Source of the DNA: Candidatus Woesearchaeota archaeon
GTDB taxonomy: Archaea; Nanobdellota; Nanobdellia; Woesearchaeales; ARS49
Length of the DNA stretch: 64,000 bases
Direction: 5' to 3'
Assembly (NCBI GenBank): GCA_018302815.1
Contig: JAGVZE010000015.1
Location: 2,328-66,327 of the forward strand
Position 1 is the first letter of the stretch; the number at the start of each line of letters is the position of its first letter. This document shows positions 29,244 through 38,870 of this stretch, piece by piece. The notes under the pieces are model-generated. The model was given only the letters and a program-made list of their open reading frames with translations, was not told the DNA's origin and made no database searches. The position numbers and the translations under genes are program-made.

Positions 29244-29882
29244 TTATTCCTCCACCAATTTAAGAACTTCTGTTAGCGTTAAAACCTTGTTCTCGAATTC
29301 ACGTCTTCCTTTTCTGTCGAGAAGGTAGCCCTTGATTCCTGCTTTTTCAGCGCCCATAATATCTGTCTCGATACTGTCTCCAACAGCGATGACATCACCT
29401 TTCTTGAGCTTCATTTTCTTGAGAGCATTCTCGAAGAGTCCATCGTTCTTGAGACTGCCTTCCTTGTAGCTGATGAATGTCTGATCGACCAGGTCGGTCA
29501 TCCCGAACCTTTCAAGGACAGGCTCGACATTGTTCGAAGGAGCGTTACTGATGATAGCTATCTTGATTTTCTTCTCTTTTAGCTGTTTTAAAGTATCAAG
29601 AGTGTCCGGATAGATGGATGCCATGAGGCGGTTCTTGTTCCAAACGCCGATGAGCTTATCGATAACTATTGGTATCGGACGGACATTAAAGCTGTTGCAA
29701 GCTTCAGTAAACATCAAAGCCTGATCAGCGTATTCCTTAGTCATCACAACGCGCTCAAACTGCTCGACGAACTGGCCGAACGGCACGCGAACCCTTAAAA
29801 TCTTATAGCTTTGCTTAAGCGGTGAGTACGTACCGTTCTCCACCAATGTTCCCCAAAAATCAAAGAATACTGCTTTGACCAT
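29244..29882 (-). CDS. HAD-superfamily hydrolase
   Basis: FFDFWGTL, IISN, VGDSIETDIMGA. Confidence 0.88.
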   Translation of the reverse strand: MVKAVFFDFWGTLVENGTYSPLKQSYKILRVRVPFGQFVEQFERVVMTKEYADQALMFTEACNSFNVRPIPIVIDKLIGVWNKNRLMASIYPDTLDTLKQLKEKKIKIAIISNAPSNNVEPVLERFGMTDLVDQTFISYKEGSLKNDGLFENALKKMKLKKGDVIAVGDSIETDIMGAEKAGIKGYLLDRKGRREFENKVLTLTEVLKLVEE

Positions 29883-29987
29883 ATGTTCACAAGAACAGGG
29901 TTGTTTTAAAAAGGTTTCGCCTTGCCACTCATTTTAAGGTCTTTTTGTAAGGCAAGGTTTAAATACTTGTATCGTTACCGATATGTT

Positions 29988-30007
29988 GTATCCGATATAT
30001 CGGATAC
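29988..30007. promoter_or_regulatory. Perfect 20-bp palindrome, likely PadR operator
   Basis: GTATCCGATATATCGGATAC between the TATA box (TTTAAATA ~29958) and the padR ATG. Confidence 0.65.
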
Positions 30008-30026
30008 GACCTATTGGAACTAACCT

Positions 30027-30530
30027 ATGGCTTGCCCGATGATACGCGGATATCTGAAGCTCATCGTATTGAAAGCTATAGCTGAAGGCCCAAAATCAGG
30101 CTATGCCTTGATGAAACATGTTGAAAATTCCACGGGAAGCAAGCCGTCCTCCGGAAGCATGTACCCCCTTCTTGAACAGCTAAAAACAGACAAGATGGTG
30201 ACCACTCGCGGCGTTGGCAGGACAACGGAATACACTCTTTCCCATATTGGCAAAACGGCTCTTGAAGAGCTTGAAGCGCAGCGAGCCAAGATAGCTGATA
30301 ATTTCGCGGACGGAATGCGAATGCTTAGCGCGCTTACAGGAGACCAAGCGCCCCAAGAGATAATCGATATGCTGCACCGCGGCGAAGTTCCATTCAAAGA
30401 GATAAATCCTGAACTTGAGAATCTCAAAAACATGCTATTCGAGCATCTTAAGGAAGGCACACTGCACGTGAACGCTCCAAGAATAAAGAAAATATTATCC
30501 AAAACCTGCAAGGAGCTCAAGACAATATGA
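30027..30530 (+). CDS. PadR family transcriptional regulator
   Basis: GPKSGYALMK, PSSGSMYPLL, YTLSHIG. Confidence 0.88.
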   Translation: MACPMIRGYLKLIVLKAIAEGPKSGYALMKHVENSTGSKPSSGSMYPLLEQLKTDKMVTTRGVGRTTEYTLSHIGKTALEELEAQRAKIADNFADGMRMLSALTGDQAPQEIIDMLHRGEVPFKEINPELENLKNMLFEHLKEGTLHVNAPRIKKILSKTCKELKTI

Positions 30531-31225
30531 AGCCAATCATTGAACTACGCAACGTATGGAAAACATACAAGATGGGCGGAACCCCAGTCCACGCACTTCA
30601 GGGAATAGACCTATCGGTTCGACCAGGAGAGTTCCTCGCAATCCAAGGACCTTCAGGAAGCGGAAAGAGCACAGCGATGAATCTTGTGGGCTGCCTTGAC
30701 GTTCCTACAAAAGGAGACATCTATCTTGACGGCAACAACATAAGCAAATTAACAGAATCCGATCTTGCGCAAATACGCGGAAAAAAAATAGGATTCATCT
30801 TCCAAAAATTCAACCTCATAGAGACATTGACCGCGCTCGAGAACGTGACGCTTCCAATGACATTCCAAGGAGTTCCAGAGCAAGAGAGGCTCAAGCGGGC
30901 AGAAAAACTTCTAAGCCAATTTGGACTTGGTGATCGAATGGATCATAAGCCGAACCAGCTTTCGGGCGGACAACAGCAAAGAGTCGCCATCGCGCGCTCT
31001 CTTGCCATAGACCCGCCAGTCATCCTTGCAGATGAACCGACAGGAAACCTTGACAGCAAGACAGGACGCGAAGTAATGGAGTTTTTGCGCGAGCTAAACA
31101 AACATTATGGAAAAACAATAGTTCTTGTCACGCACGATGATGTTCTAGCGCACGTCGCGGACAGAATAGAATTTCTCAAAGACGGCAAAATCACAAAAAC
31201 AAAAACACTACGAGGTGCGAAATGA
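30527..31225 (+). CDS. ABC transporter ATP-binding protein (LolD/MacB type)
   Basis: [41 protein letters not shown]. Confidence 0.95.
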   Translation: MKPIIELRNVWKTYKMGGTPVHALQGIDLSVRPGEFLAIQGPSGSGKSTAMNLVGCLDVPTKGDIYLDGNNISKLTESDLAQIRGKKIGFIFQKFNLIETLTALENVTLPMTFQGVPEQERLKRAEKLLSQFGLGDRMDHKPNQLSGGQQQRVAIARSLAIDPPVILADEPTGNLDSKTGREVMEFLRELNKHYGKTIVLVTHDDVLAHVADRIEFLKDGKITKTKTLRGAK

Positions 31226-32397
31226 GAATCGGGACATTAGTATTGGCGCTTCTGCTCCTCTCTGTTAGCGCGTTAGCTATCGGGGGAGCCGAAGTCACAG
31301 CGAGCATACTCAGGTATGATCCAACGCCTGCGGAGCAGGGAAACACAGTGGACGTTTGGGTCCAACTATCAAATTCTGGAACAAAAGCAGACAGAGTAAC
31401 AATCAAATTTGTGCCCGAATTCCCATTCAGCCTGCCTGAAGGACAAGAGCAGGAGATAGATGTTGGAGTCATCGCGGCCACTGAAGCCAAAGTCGTCAAA
31501 TTCACAGTCTACGTCGACTCAACAGCACCGAATGGCGAGAGAGACATAAAATTCCTCTACAAGTACTCCTCGACAGATGAATGGGTGTACCTTGAGACCC
31601 CACTTAGTATAGAGACGCAAAACGCGGTTCTTGTCATCGAAGACTATTCGGTCGAACCAAAACTTGTCGTGCCGGGTCAAAACGCGATGGTGCGCATGAC
31701 CCTTGCAAATGAAGGCAAGATAGATGTCAAGAATCTTGACGTAAGCTTGAACCTCAACGACAGCACGTTTAGCACAATCGGCTCTGGAACCAAAAAACGA
31801 ATAGATTCAGTTCCTGCAGGAAAAAGCGTCACAGTAAGCTTCACGCTCGCATCAGACACAAGCACGCAAGTGAAACTCTACTCAATTCCTGTGGAACTTA
31901 GTTTTCAGGATGAACGCAATAAAGAATATACTGACACTGCGAAAATAAGCCTTGCAGTCAACGCGCCTCCAGAACTTTCTTTAAGCGTCGATTCAACTGA
32001 CTTCGCTTCAAAAACAAGCCCGGGAACAGTCACGCTTAAAGTCGTGAACAAGGGAGTCGTGAACGTCAAATACCTGAGCGTCACACTCGCTCAAACCGGC
32101 GATTATGAAATCTTAAGTCCGAGCAATGAAGAATATGTGGGAAACCTCGACAATGACGATTTCGAGACTGTGGACTTTGTCATAAAGCCGCTTGTCGAAA
32201 ACCCTCGGCTTTCAGTCAACGTGCAATTCAAAGACCCATATAATCTGGACTTCGCCCAAAGCTACACTATGCCTTTGAGAATAATAACTGACAAGGACCT
32301 CGGAAAAAGCTCAACCCCAATCGGGACAATCGCAGTATTGGTCCTTCTTGCGGCAGGCGGCGCGTACTGGTACAGACGGCACAAGAAAAAGCGATAA
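31222..32397 (+). CDS. COG1361-type (S-layer-like Ig repeat) membrane-anchored ABC accessory protein
   Basis: Signal peptide, YDPTPAEQG, Ig-like beta repeats, YVGNLDNDDFETVDF, C-terminal TM + RRHKKKR. Confidence 0.8.
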   Translation: MRIGTLVLALLLLSVSALAIGGAEVTASILRYDPTPAEQGNTVDVWVQLSNSGTKADRVTIKFVPEFPFSLPEGQEQEIDVGVIAATEAKVVKFTVYVDSTAPNGERDIKFLYKYSSTDEWVYLETPLSIETQNAVLVIEDYSVEPKLVVPGQNAMVRMTLANEGKIDVKNLDVSLNLNDSTFSTIGSGTKKRIDSVPAGKSVTVSFTLASDTSTQVKLYSIPVELSFQDERNKEYTDTAKISLAVNAPPELSLSVDSTDFASKTSPGTVTLKVVNKGVVNVKYLSVTLAQTGDYEILSPSNEEYVGNLDNDDFETVDFVIKPLVENPRLSVNVQFKDPYNLDFAQSYTMPLRIITDKDLGKSSTPIGTIAVLVLLAAGGAYWYRRHKKKR

Positions 32398-32418
32398 AGC
32401 AAAAGCTGGGACTACGCA

Positions 32419-33633
32419 ATGCTTAAAGATTATTTTGCCATCGCATACGGAAGCCTTAGGAAGAGATTCCTTCGCACCTCGCTCACAATGCTCGGCATTT
32501 TTATCGGCATCGCAGCAGTAGTCTCGCTAATCAGTTTAGGACAAGGCCTTTCTGACGCGATAAACCAGCAATTCGCGAGCGTCGGAACAGATAAAGTAAT
32601 AGTACAGGGCGCGTCACCCGGATTCGGACCCCCAGGTCAAACGGCAGCAGGGAAAGTTACCAAAGACGACCTAGAACTGGTTAGGCGCGTACCCGGTGTC
32701 GCAAGAGCGGCAGGACGACTGCTAAAATCAGCCACGCTCGAATTCGCAGATGAGACACGCGTTGAATTCCTTGCCAGCCTTCCACACGATCCTGAAGATA
32801 GAGACCTTGTTGTCGAAGCCAATGGGCTCAAAGTTCAATCCGGAAGGATGCTAAAAAGCTCAGATAACGGAAAAGTCCTTGTCGGCAATAATTACGCTGG
32901 CACAGATGATTTCAAAAAACCAATAGTGCCCGGAAGCAAAATCCTTCTCAATGGCGAACAATTTGATGTCGTTGGAGTTTTAAAGAAAATCGGCAGCGGA
33001 CGCGATGACAGCATAATCATGAACGAAGACGACATTCGCGAGCTCATAGGAGAAGATGAAGAATACAGCGCGGTCTTCGCCCAAGTAGGCGCAAACGAAA
33101 ACCCATCACAGGTAGCGGATAGAATCCTTCGAGCGATGCGCAAAGACCGCCACCAAAAAGAAGGATTCGAGGACGTGACTGTCAGCACGAGCGAAGAACT
33201 CATCGCCAGCATCAACACTATCATCGGAGTTGTACAAGCAGTGTTCGTAGGAATCGCGGCAATCAGTTTACTTGTAGGCGGAATCGGAATAATGAACACG
33301 ATGTACACTTCAGTGATGGAGCGCACGCGAGACATTGGCGTTATGAAAGCCATCGGAGCGCGCAATTCAGATATACTGTGGATATTCCTACTTGAAAGCG
33401 GACTGCTTGGAATGGCAGGAGGCGCGATAGGGGTCCTTATTGGAATTGCTCTTAGCACTTTCGTTGAACTCATAGGGCAGGGGATTATGGGCGATGTTCT
33501 CAAAGCATCATTTCCATGGTATCTGATAGTGGGAGCCTTGGCGTTCAGCTTCTTTGTAGGCGCACTTTCAGGAGTGTTTCCTGCACGGCAGGCAAGCAAG
33601 CTACCCCCTGTTGAAGCGCTGCGAGGCGACTAA
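32419..33633 (+). CDS. MacB/FtsX-family ABC permease
   Basis: LTMLGIFIGIAAVV, GGIGIMNTMYTSVMERTRDIGVMKAIGA, PVEALR. Confidence 0.93.
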   Translation: MLKDYFAIAYGSLRKRFLRTSLTMLGIFIGIAAVVSLISLGQGLSDAINQQFASVGTDKVIVQGASPGFGPPGQTAAGKVTKDDLELVRRVPGVARAAGRLLKSATLEFADETRVEFLASLPHDPEDRDLVVEANGLKVQSGRMLKSSDNGKVLVGNNYAGTDDFKKPIVPGSKILLNGEQFDVVGVLKKIGSGRDDSIIMNEDDIRELIGEDEEYSAVFAQVGANENPSQVADRILRAMRKDRHQKEGFEDVTVSTSEELIASINTIIGVVQAVFVGIAAISLLVGGIGIMNTMYTSVMERTRDIGVMKAIGARNSDILWIFLLESGLLGMAGGAIGVLIGIALSTFVELIGQGIMGDVLKASFPWYLIVGALAFSFFVGALSGVFPARQASKLPPVEALRGD

Positions 33634-33634
33634 A

Positions 33635-34852
33635 ATGAAAGAACATCTTTGGCTCGCACTGCGCTCTCTTAGCAAACGAAGAAAACGCGCAGCGCTGACA
33701 ATGATAGGCGTCTTCATAGGAATCGCAGCGGTCGTAGCCCTCGTGTCGTTAGGACAGGGACTCTCCAAAACCATCAACGACCAATTCGAGAAAGTCGGAG
33801 CCGACAAGATAATCATACAAGCAAAAGAAAGCGCAGGAGGATTCACAGGAGAAAACGCTCCTGGACAGCTCACCGAAACAGAACTTGACATCGCGCGCAA
33901 AACAAATGGAGTTACCCGAGTCACAGGACAGCTATTTCGCGCGATAAACGTACAGTACAATGACATCCAGCGCACCATGTTTGTGGTCAGCATGCCCCCA
34001 AAAGCGCAGGACGCAGACCTTGCGATAGCAGTCAATACCTGGGAAGCAGAACAAGGCAGAATGCTAACCCACCGAGACAAGCAAAAAGCAGTCATAGGAT
34101 ACAATCTTGCGAATAAGAACACTTTTGTGCGCAATATGCGAATCGGCGATAAAATACTCGTCGGCACAGAACAATTCGAAATCGTAGGCGTACTCAAGCG
34201 AATCGGCGATCCCACTGCTGATGGAGGAATAGTAATGCCAGAAGATGACGCCCGATTAGTTCTCAACGATACGGCGAGCTATTCAATGATAATCGCCCAA
34301 AGCGCGCGAGGAGAGCACCCTGCTGAAGTTGGCGAACGAATCGAGAAAGCAATCAGGCGCGATAGGCATCAAAAAGAAGGCAAAGAAGATTTCACAGTGC
34401 AGACAAGCACGGAACTAATCGCATCATTTAACACAGTCTTCAATATTATTCAAGTAGTGTTCGTTGGCATAGCATCGATAAGCTTGTTAGTAGGAGGCGT
34501 TGGAATAATGAACACAATGTACACTGCAGTTCTCGAGCGAACACGCGAAATAGGAGTCATGAAAGCAATCGGCGCTCGAAACGAAGACATCTTGACGCTC
34601 TTCTTGATAGAAAGCGGCCTTCTTGGATTCGCAGGCGGGCTTGTGGGAGTCATAATCGGAGCAGGAATAAGCAAAATGGTGGAGTTTGGCGCCAACGCGT
34701 CTTTTGGACCGGGGACAATAGTCGCAGTATATCCTTTGTGGCTCGTCCTTGGAAGCCTTCTTTTCAGCACCCTTGTTGGCGCGGTAAGCGGCATCCTTCC
34801 CGCAAGAAGAGGTTCGCATCTTAAACCAGTGGACGCTCTAAGGTCAGAATAG
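33635..34852 (+). CDS. MacB/FtsX-family ABC permease (paralog)
   Basis: Same motifs; start MKEHLW at 33635. Confidence 0.93.
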   Translation: MKEHLWLALRSLSKRRKRAALTMIGVFIGIAAVVALVSLGQGLSKTINDQFEKVGADKIIIQAKESAGGFTGENAPGQLTETELDIARKTNGVTRVTGQLFRAINVQYNDIQRTMFVVSMPPKAQDADLAIAVNTWEAEQGRMLTHRDKQKAVIGYNLANKNTFVRNMRIGDKILVGTEQFEIVGVLKRIGDPTADGGIVMPEDDARLVLNDTASYSMIIAQSARGEHPAEVGERIEKAIRRDRHQKEGKEDFTVQTSTELIASFNTVFNIIQVVFVGIASISLLVGGVGIMNTMYTAVLERTREIGVMKAIGARNEDILTLFLIESGLLGFAGGLVGVIIGAGISKMVEFGANASFGPGTIVAVYPLWLVLGSLLFSTLVGAVSGILPARRGSHLKPVDALRSE

Positions 34853-34904
34853 TTTTCCTAAATTTGTCATAACGATTAAAAAGGGCCTTACTTTTACGCG
34901 CGCT

Positions 34905-35249
34905 ATGAGCAAATCAAGACGGATGATACTTGACTTTCAAAAAGCGAAAGGCCAAAAAATAGATGACATAATCAGCGAACTTCTTCAAGAACCCTGCAGG
35001 CAAATAAAGGAGATAGTGGTGGCAGAACTTCTTCTTGTGCGCTCTTGGCCCACCGTTGAAACAACAACCGGACAAATGCAAGGAGTTTATCTTAGCCCGT
35101 CAAGAGTGCTAACTCCAAAAGGAATCGTATTGTACGGTTCATGCGATGAAAAAATAATTCCTGAAAGCAAAAGAGAACACTTAGAAGATTATGTTAATTA
35201 TTGCAAAGAAGCAATCGATGCGATACACCTTCTCCAGCAAGGCTTATAA
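34905..35249 (+). CDS. Hypothetical protein
   Basis: 114-aa ORF with upstream TATA-like box. Confidence 0.55.
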   Translation: MSKSRRMILDFQKAKGQKIDDIISELLQEPCRQIKEIVVAELLLVRSWPTVETTTGQMQGVYLSPSRVLTPKGIVLYGSCDEKIIPESKREHLEDYVNYCKEAIDAIHLLQQGL

Positions 35250-35272
35250 ATTCGTATTCTCTCCCTTTTTTC

Positions 35273-35671
35273 ATGCCCGTAGCAGAAGAAAACGACATAG
35301 CGACATATCTCGTGCTAGTCAAGTCCTTGAATGCGATACTCACAAACATACGAATTGGACAAGGACCTCTTGATGTCGTTGAGAGCGTGAAAAAACAATT
35401 ACTTGTACTGGATAAGCTGCCACGAGAGGATTTTGATCAAAGGAAAATCTTGGCTGAAGCTCGGCAACGTTTATTTGATTTGTTGAAGGCAGCGGCTTTA
35501 GCCAAAGACAATCGCACGGTGCTTATCGCTTACATAAGAACGCTCGGCATACTCAACGCAAATATCGGCAAGATGATGGCAAACCCGATAGTTCTTGGAC
35601 AACTGCGAGGAGTCCTCACGTCTGCTATGAGCGTACTTGAATCTATGACTCCTATCGGCGCTGGAAAATAG
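35273..35671 (+). CDS. Hypothetical helical protein
   Basis: Probable start MPVAEE at 35273, TTATAAA ~23 nt upstream. Confidence 0.55.
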   Translation: MPVAEENDIATYLVLVKSLNAILTNIRIGQGPLDVVESVKKQLLVLDKLPREDFDQRKILAEARQRLFDLLKAAALAKDNRTVLIAYIRTLGILNANIGKMMANPIVLGQLRGVLTSAMSVLESMTPIGAGK

Positions 35672-35684
35672 AGTATTTTAGAAT

Positions 35685-36053
35685 TCAAAACAGCTTGACC
35701 CACTCGACGCCTTTCATCGCTTTTATCTTATCTAGTATTTCTTGAGGCAGTTTGCCCCAAACCTCAAAAACATATTGTCCATTCACAGTCGATGGGCCAA
35801 AAGTCCTGCAAAAAAGAAGCTCAACTATCTCTTTTTTAGTCGAAGGCTCATTCATTTGGACGCGAACGAAATATAACTCTTCCTTATCTCTTTTCAATTT
35901 GCGCTCATCTAAAAATTTGTTCAGATGCTCGGGCAGTTCCAATCTGGGAAGGGTTGTGACGTCGCCTCTCCAACCGCAGAATAGGCACTCATCAATATTT
36001 CCAATACGCTTGAATCCGCCCCACAAACAATCAGGGCAATGCTCTGCGCTCAT
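35685..36053 (-). CDS. Zn-ribbon + ACT-like domain protein, paralog 3
   Basis: CPDC...CLFCGW; C-terminal KIKAMKGVEWVKLF. Confidence 0.7.
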   Translation of the reverse strand: MSAEHCPDCLWGGFKRIGNIDECLFCGWRGDVTTLPRLELPEHLNKFLDERKLKRDKEELYFVRVQMNEPSTKKEIVELLFCRTFGPSTVNGQYVFEVWGKLPQEILDKIKAMKGVEWVKLF

Positions 36054-36430
36054 CACCAAACCTCGACTTTCTCAACGCCCTTCATGTTCTTCAATTCGGC
36101 AAGCATCGCGCTTGTGGGCTTCTTGTTCATCCTCACAATCACGCAGTCTTTGCCATCGCTAGGCGCATTGCCGCAACCATTCACGTGCAGAACGTCAATA
36201 ACATCAAACTGGATGTCCGCTCCAGCCGCATGATAAATTCTCACGTAAAATAATTTGCCTGCTTTTTTTAATGCTCTATCTTGTGCAAGAGATTCAGTCA
36301 CTTCTTCGGTAAGCCACGAACGGAATTGCTCATCGAGTTTCCCTGTCCAGCCGCACATCTGGCACTGATCATTACCATCCGCTTTTTTGAAATTACCGTC
36401 ACTGCAGTAAGGGCAAAATACGCCGCTCAT
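36053..36430 (-). CDS. Zn-ribbon + ACT-like domain protein, paralog 2
   Basis: CPYC...CQMCGW; LKNMKGVEKVEVW; TGATG coupling. Confidence 0.7.
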   Translation of the reverse strand: MSGVFCPYCSDGNFKKADGNDQCQMCGWTGKLDEQFRSWLTEEVTESLAQDRALKKAGKLFYVRIYHAAGADIQFDVIDVLHVNGCGNAPSDGKDCVIVRMNKKPTSAMLAELKNMKGVEKVEVW

Positions 36431-36843
36431 CACCAAACCTCAATACGCTCGATACCTATTATCGTTTTGGCTTTGGCAAGGCTCTCTTCGCTTGGCCTTG
36501 ATTCGAGCCGCATAAGGAATCCGGAAATTCCTGCGGAACTAGAGCTAGAAGAACTGCGCGCGCCAAGAACGTGCATTAACATAAATTCACTGTCATTCGA
36601 CGCATCTTTCTTCAAATAGCCGCGCACGAAAAACAACGCATTCTGCTTTTTTAAATCACGATCGCCTGAAAGCTGTTCGAGCATCTCCATAGTCGGCATT
36701 TTTCTTGGAAGGCGTTCAAAGCTGCCAATCCAGCCGCACATCTGACACTGGTCGTACGGCGATTTGAGACTGCCAAAACAAGGGCCCGCTGTTACGTGCT
36801 TGAAATCGCTCTGACCGCAGTCAGGACACATAGCTCCGCTCAT
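36430..36843 (-). CDS. Zn-ribbon + ACT-like domain protein, paralog 1
   Basis: CPDC...CQMCGW; KTIIGIERIEVW. Confidence 0.7.
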   Translation of the reverse strand: MSGAMCPDCGQSDFKHVTAGPCFGSLKSPYDQCQMCGWIGSFERLPRKMPTMEMLEQLSGDRDLKKQNALFFVRGYLKKDASNDSEFMLMHVLGARSSSSSSSAGISGFLMRLESRPSEESLAKAKTIIGIERIEVW

Positions 36844-36926
36844 AAACCTGGCTCAATATTCTTCCTTTAAATACCCTTTCAATTGAACCGAAAGCTTTAT
36901 AAGTGGACTTGAGGCTTATCCTCTAT

Positions 36927-37129
36927 AGAGATAGAAAGGTAGGCAGGTAAAAGCCTGTGTGTAGAGTCTTGTTCTTTTGAACGGGGCTCGCGTGGTACTA
37001 TCTTTCTGTCCACCCGTGTCTGAAATCCGCAGAAAACTATAGCGTCTTGTACGGATTTCCGAACACGTTAGAAACGCCTTGAGCGTTTCCAACGAGTGAA
37101 CCGTCGTTATGCAGGTTCGGAGAACTAAA
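36927..37129 (+). promoter_or_regulatory. Long structured 5' leader of the DEAD-box helicase gene
   Basis: Six stems between TATA (36896-36903) and the GGAGA RBS; G-U pairs favour the + strand. Confidence 0.6.
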
Positions 37130-38395
37130 ATGCAATTCAAAGAATTAGCCATAAAGCCAGAGCTTTTGATCGCTCTTGAACAGCTCAAACTAGACAAGCC
37201 AACTGAAGTCCAAGAGAAATCAATCCCTATACTATTAAGCAGAAAAGATGCCATTGTTCGAAGCAAAACAGGCTCAGGCAAGACATTCGCCTTCCTTTTG
37301 CCGCTTTTAACAAATCTTACACACGAACAAGTGCTGCAGGCAGTCATACTCGCGCCAACACGCGAACTTGCAGTTCAAACCGACAAAGAGATACGAAAAC
37401 TCGACAAGTCAGCGCGCTCAGTCCTTCTTTATGGCGGAGTCGCTATTGGGCCACAGATAGACCAGCTTGATAGAGGAGCGCAGATAGCTGTCGCAACCCC
37501 CGGACGAGTCCTTGATCACTTAGAACGAAAAACAATAGACTTCTCGCATGTCTCAATGGTCGTACTTGATGAAGCCGACCGAATGCTTGACATGGGTTTC
37601 ATAGATGATGTCGAACGCATCCTTCGAGCGATGCCAACCGGCAAACAAATGATACTATTCTCGGCGACAATGCCAGACAAAGTGCAGGAATTATCCTCGC
37701 GCTACATGAACAATCCGGAATTCCTCATGCTGCAGCAAGACGAGATAACAGTCAAGAAAATCCGCCAGCAAGTATTAGGAGTCGACAGAAAACAAAAACT
37801 CGATCTATTGTTCAAGATATTGAGCGAGAAAGAAGTAGAAAAGATGATGATATTCGTAAACACTAAGGACTGGGCAAAAATGCTAGGCGACATACTTTAC
37901 CGCAGACGGCTTCCAAGCACAAGCATCCATTCAGGCCTTTCGCAAAACAAGCGAAACCAAGTCATAATGGACTTCAACAGAGGCAAGTTCAAGATACTTG
38001 TCGCAACTGACGTCGCCGCGCGAGGACTGCACATAGAAGATGTCACTCACGTCGTGAACTATGACATACCGCGCAATCCAAAAGACTATGTCCATCGAAT
38101 AGGAAGAACAGGACGAGCAGGCAAAGAAGGAGACGCTATAACCTTCATCACACAGCAAGATGAAAGCATGCTTCGAGGCGTCGAACAAGAAATCAAGATG
38201 TTCCTTGAAGTGCAGTATGTAGGTATGAATGGAGCTCCTCTTGCGCGACCAGCGCCTCCAGCGCAAAAAGACATGGATGAAGCGACTGCAGCAGCGATGC
38301 CTGTCGCGCACCAACTCCATCCAGGAGAAACTATCAAAGTCCACAGCCACAAACCAGAAAGCGCCTCAACAGGAGACGACTGGGGATTGGATTGA
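37130..38395 (+). CDS. DEAD-box RNA helicase (CshA/DeaD-like)
   Basis: Q motif PTEVQ, KTGSGKT, PTRELA, TPGR, DEAD, SAT, ARGL, HRIGRTGRAG. Confidence 0.95.
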   Translation: MQFKELAIKPELLIALEQLKLDKPTEVQEKSIPILLSRKDAIVRSKTGSGKTFAFLLPLLTNLTHEQVLQAVILAPTRELAVQTDKEIRKLDKSARSVLLYGGVAIGPQIDQLDRGAQIAVATPGRVLDHLERKTIDFSHVSMVVLDEADRMLDMGFIDDVERILRAMPTGKQMILFSATMPDKVQELSSRYMNNPEFLMLQQDEITVKKIRQQVLGVDRKQKLDLLFKILSEKEVEKMMIFVNTKDWAKMLGDILYRRRLPSTSIHSGLSQNKRNQVIMDFNRGKFKILVATDVAARGLHIEDVTHVVNYDIPRNPKDYVHRIGRTGRAGKEGDAITFITQQDESMLRGVEQEIKMFLEVQYVGMNGAPLARPAPPAQKDMDEATAAAMPVAHQLHPGETIKVHSHKPESASTGDDWGLD

Positions 38396-38444
38396 AAGCT
38401 CAGATTTACCACAACCTTTAAAAACCCCATTTCTTTCTTGTTAT

Positions 38445-38870
38445 ATGGGTGGTTTGGGTGAAAGAACTAACAATCGCAATCATAATCGCGCTGTTCGCGG
38501 CTACAGCAGTAGCAGTCAGCGCAATGTTATAAGGAGTTCTATGATTATTCGTGAAGCTATTGATTTGCTCGCGCAGTTCGGAGGAGTTTTTGCCGAAAAA
38601 AAAGGTGAAGGATACCTTAGTGGAACCAGCTTCGTATCGGGAGAATTACGCGTTCAAAAAGCGCACCTGGGTGAAACAGTCATGTATTCAGTTTGGTACG
38701 GCGGGCTTGGAGAAATCAGCACAGAACCGGTTTACGTATTCGTACAAACTCCTAACGTCTCTCAAATCCTGCGCTTTATTTCGGGAGAATGGGAAAAACA
38801 ATTAGAAAAAGAATTCAAAAAAAAGTCACTTGCACTTGACAGCGGCGAGCTTGTCGCCAAACTTGTCTAA
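38445..38870 (+). CDS. Hypothetical protein
   Basis: Probable start MGGLGERT at 38445, TTTAAAA ~21 nt upstream. Confidence 0.55.
   Translation: MGGLGERTNNRNHNRAVRGYSSSSQRNVIRSSMIIREAIDLLAQFGGVFAEKKGEGYLSGTSFVSGELRVQKAHLGETVMYSVWYGGLGEISTEPVYVFVQTPNVSQILRFISGEWEKQLEKEFKKKSLALDSGELVAKLV

Noticed and set aside
36927..37129. RNase P or SRP RNA
   Set aside because: I found neither the RNase P GAGGAAAGUCC-type conserved region nor the SRP helix-8 motif on either strand.
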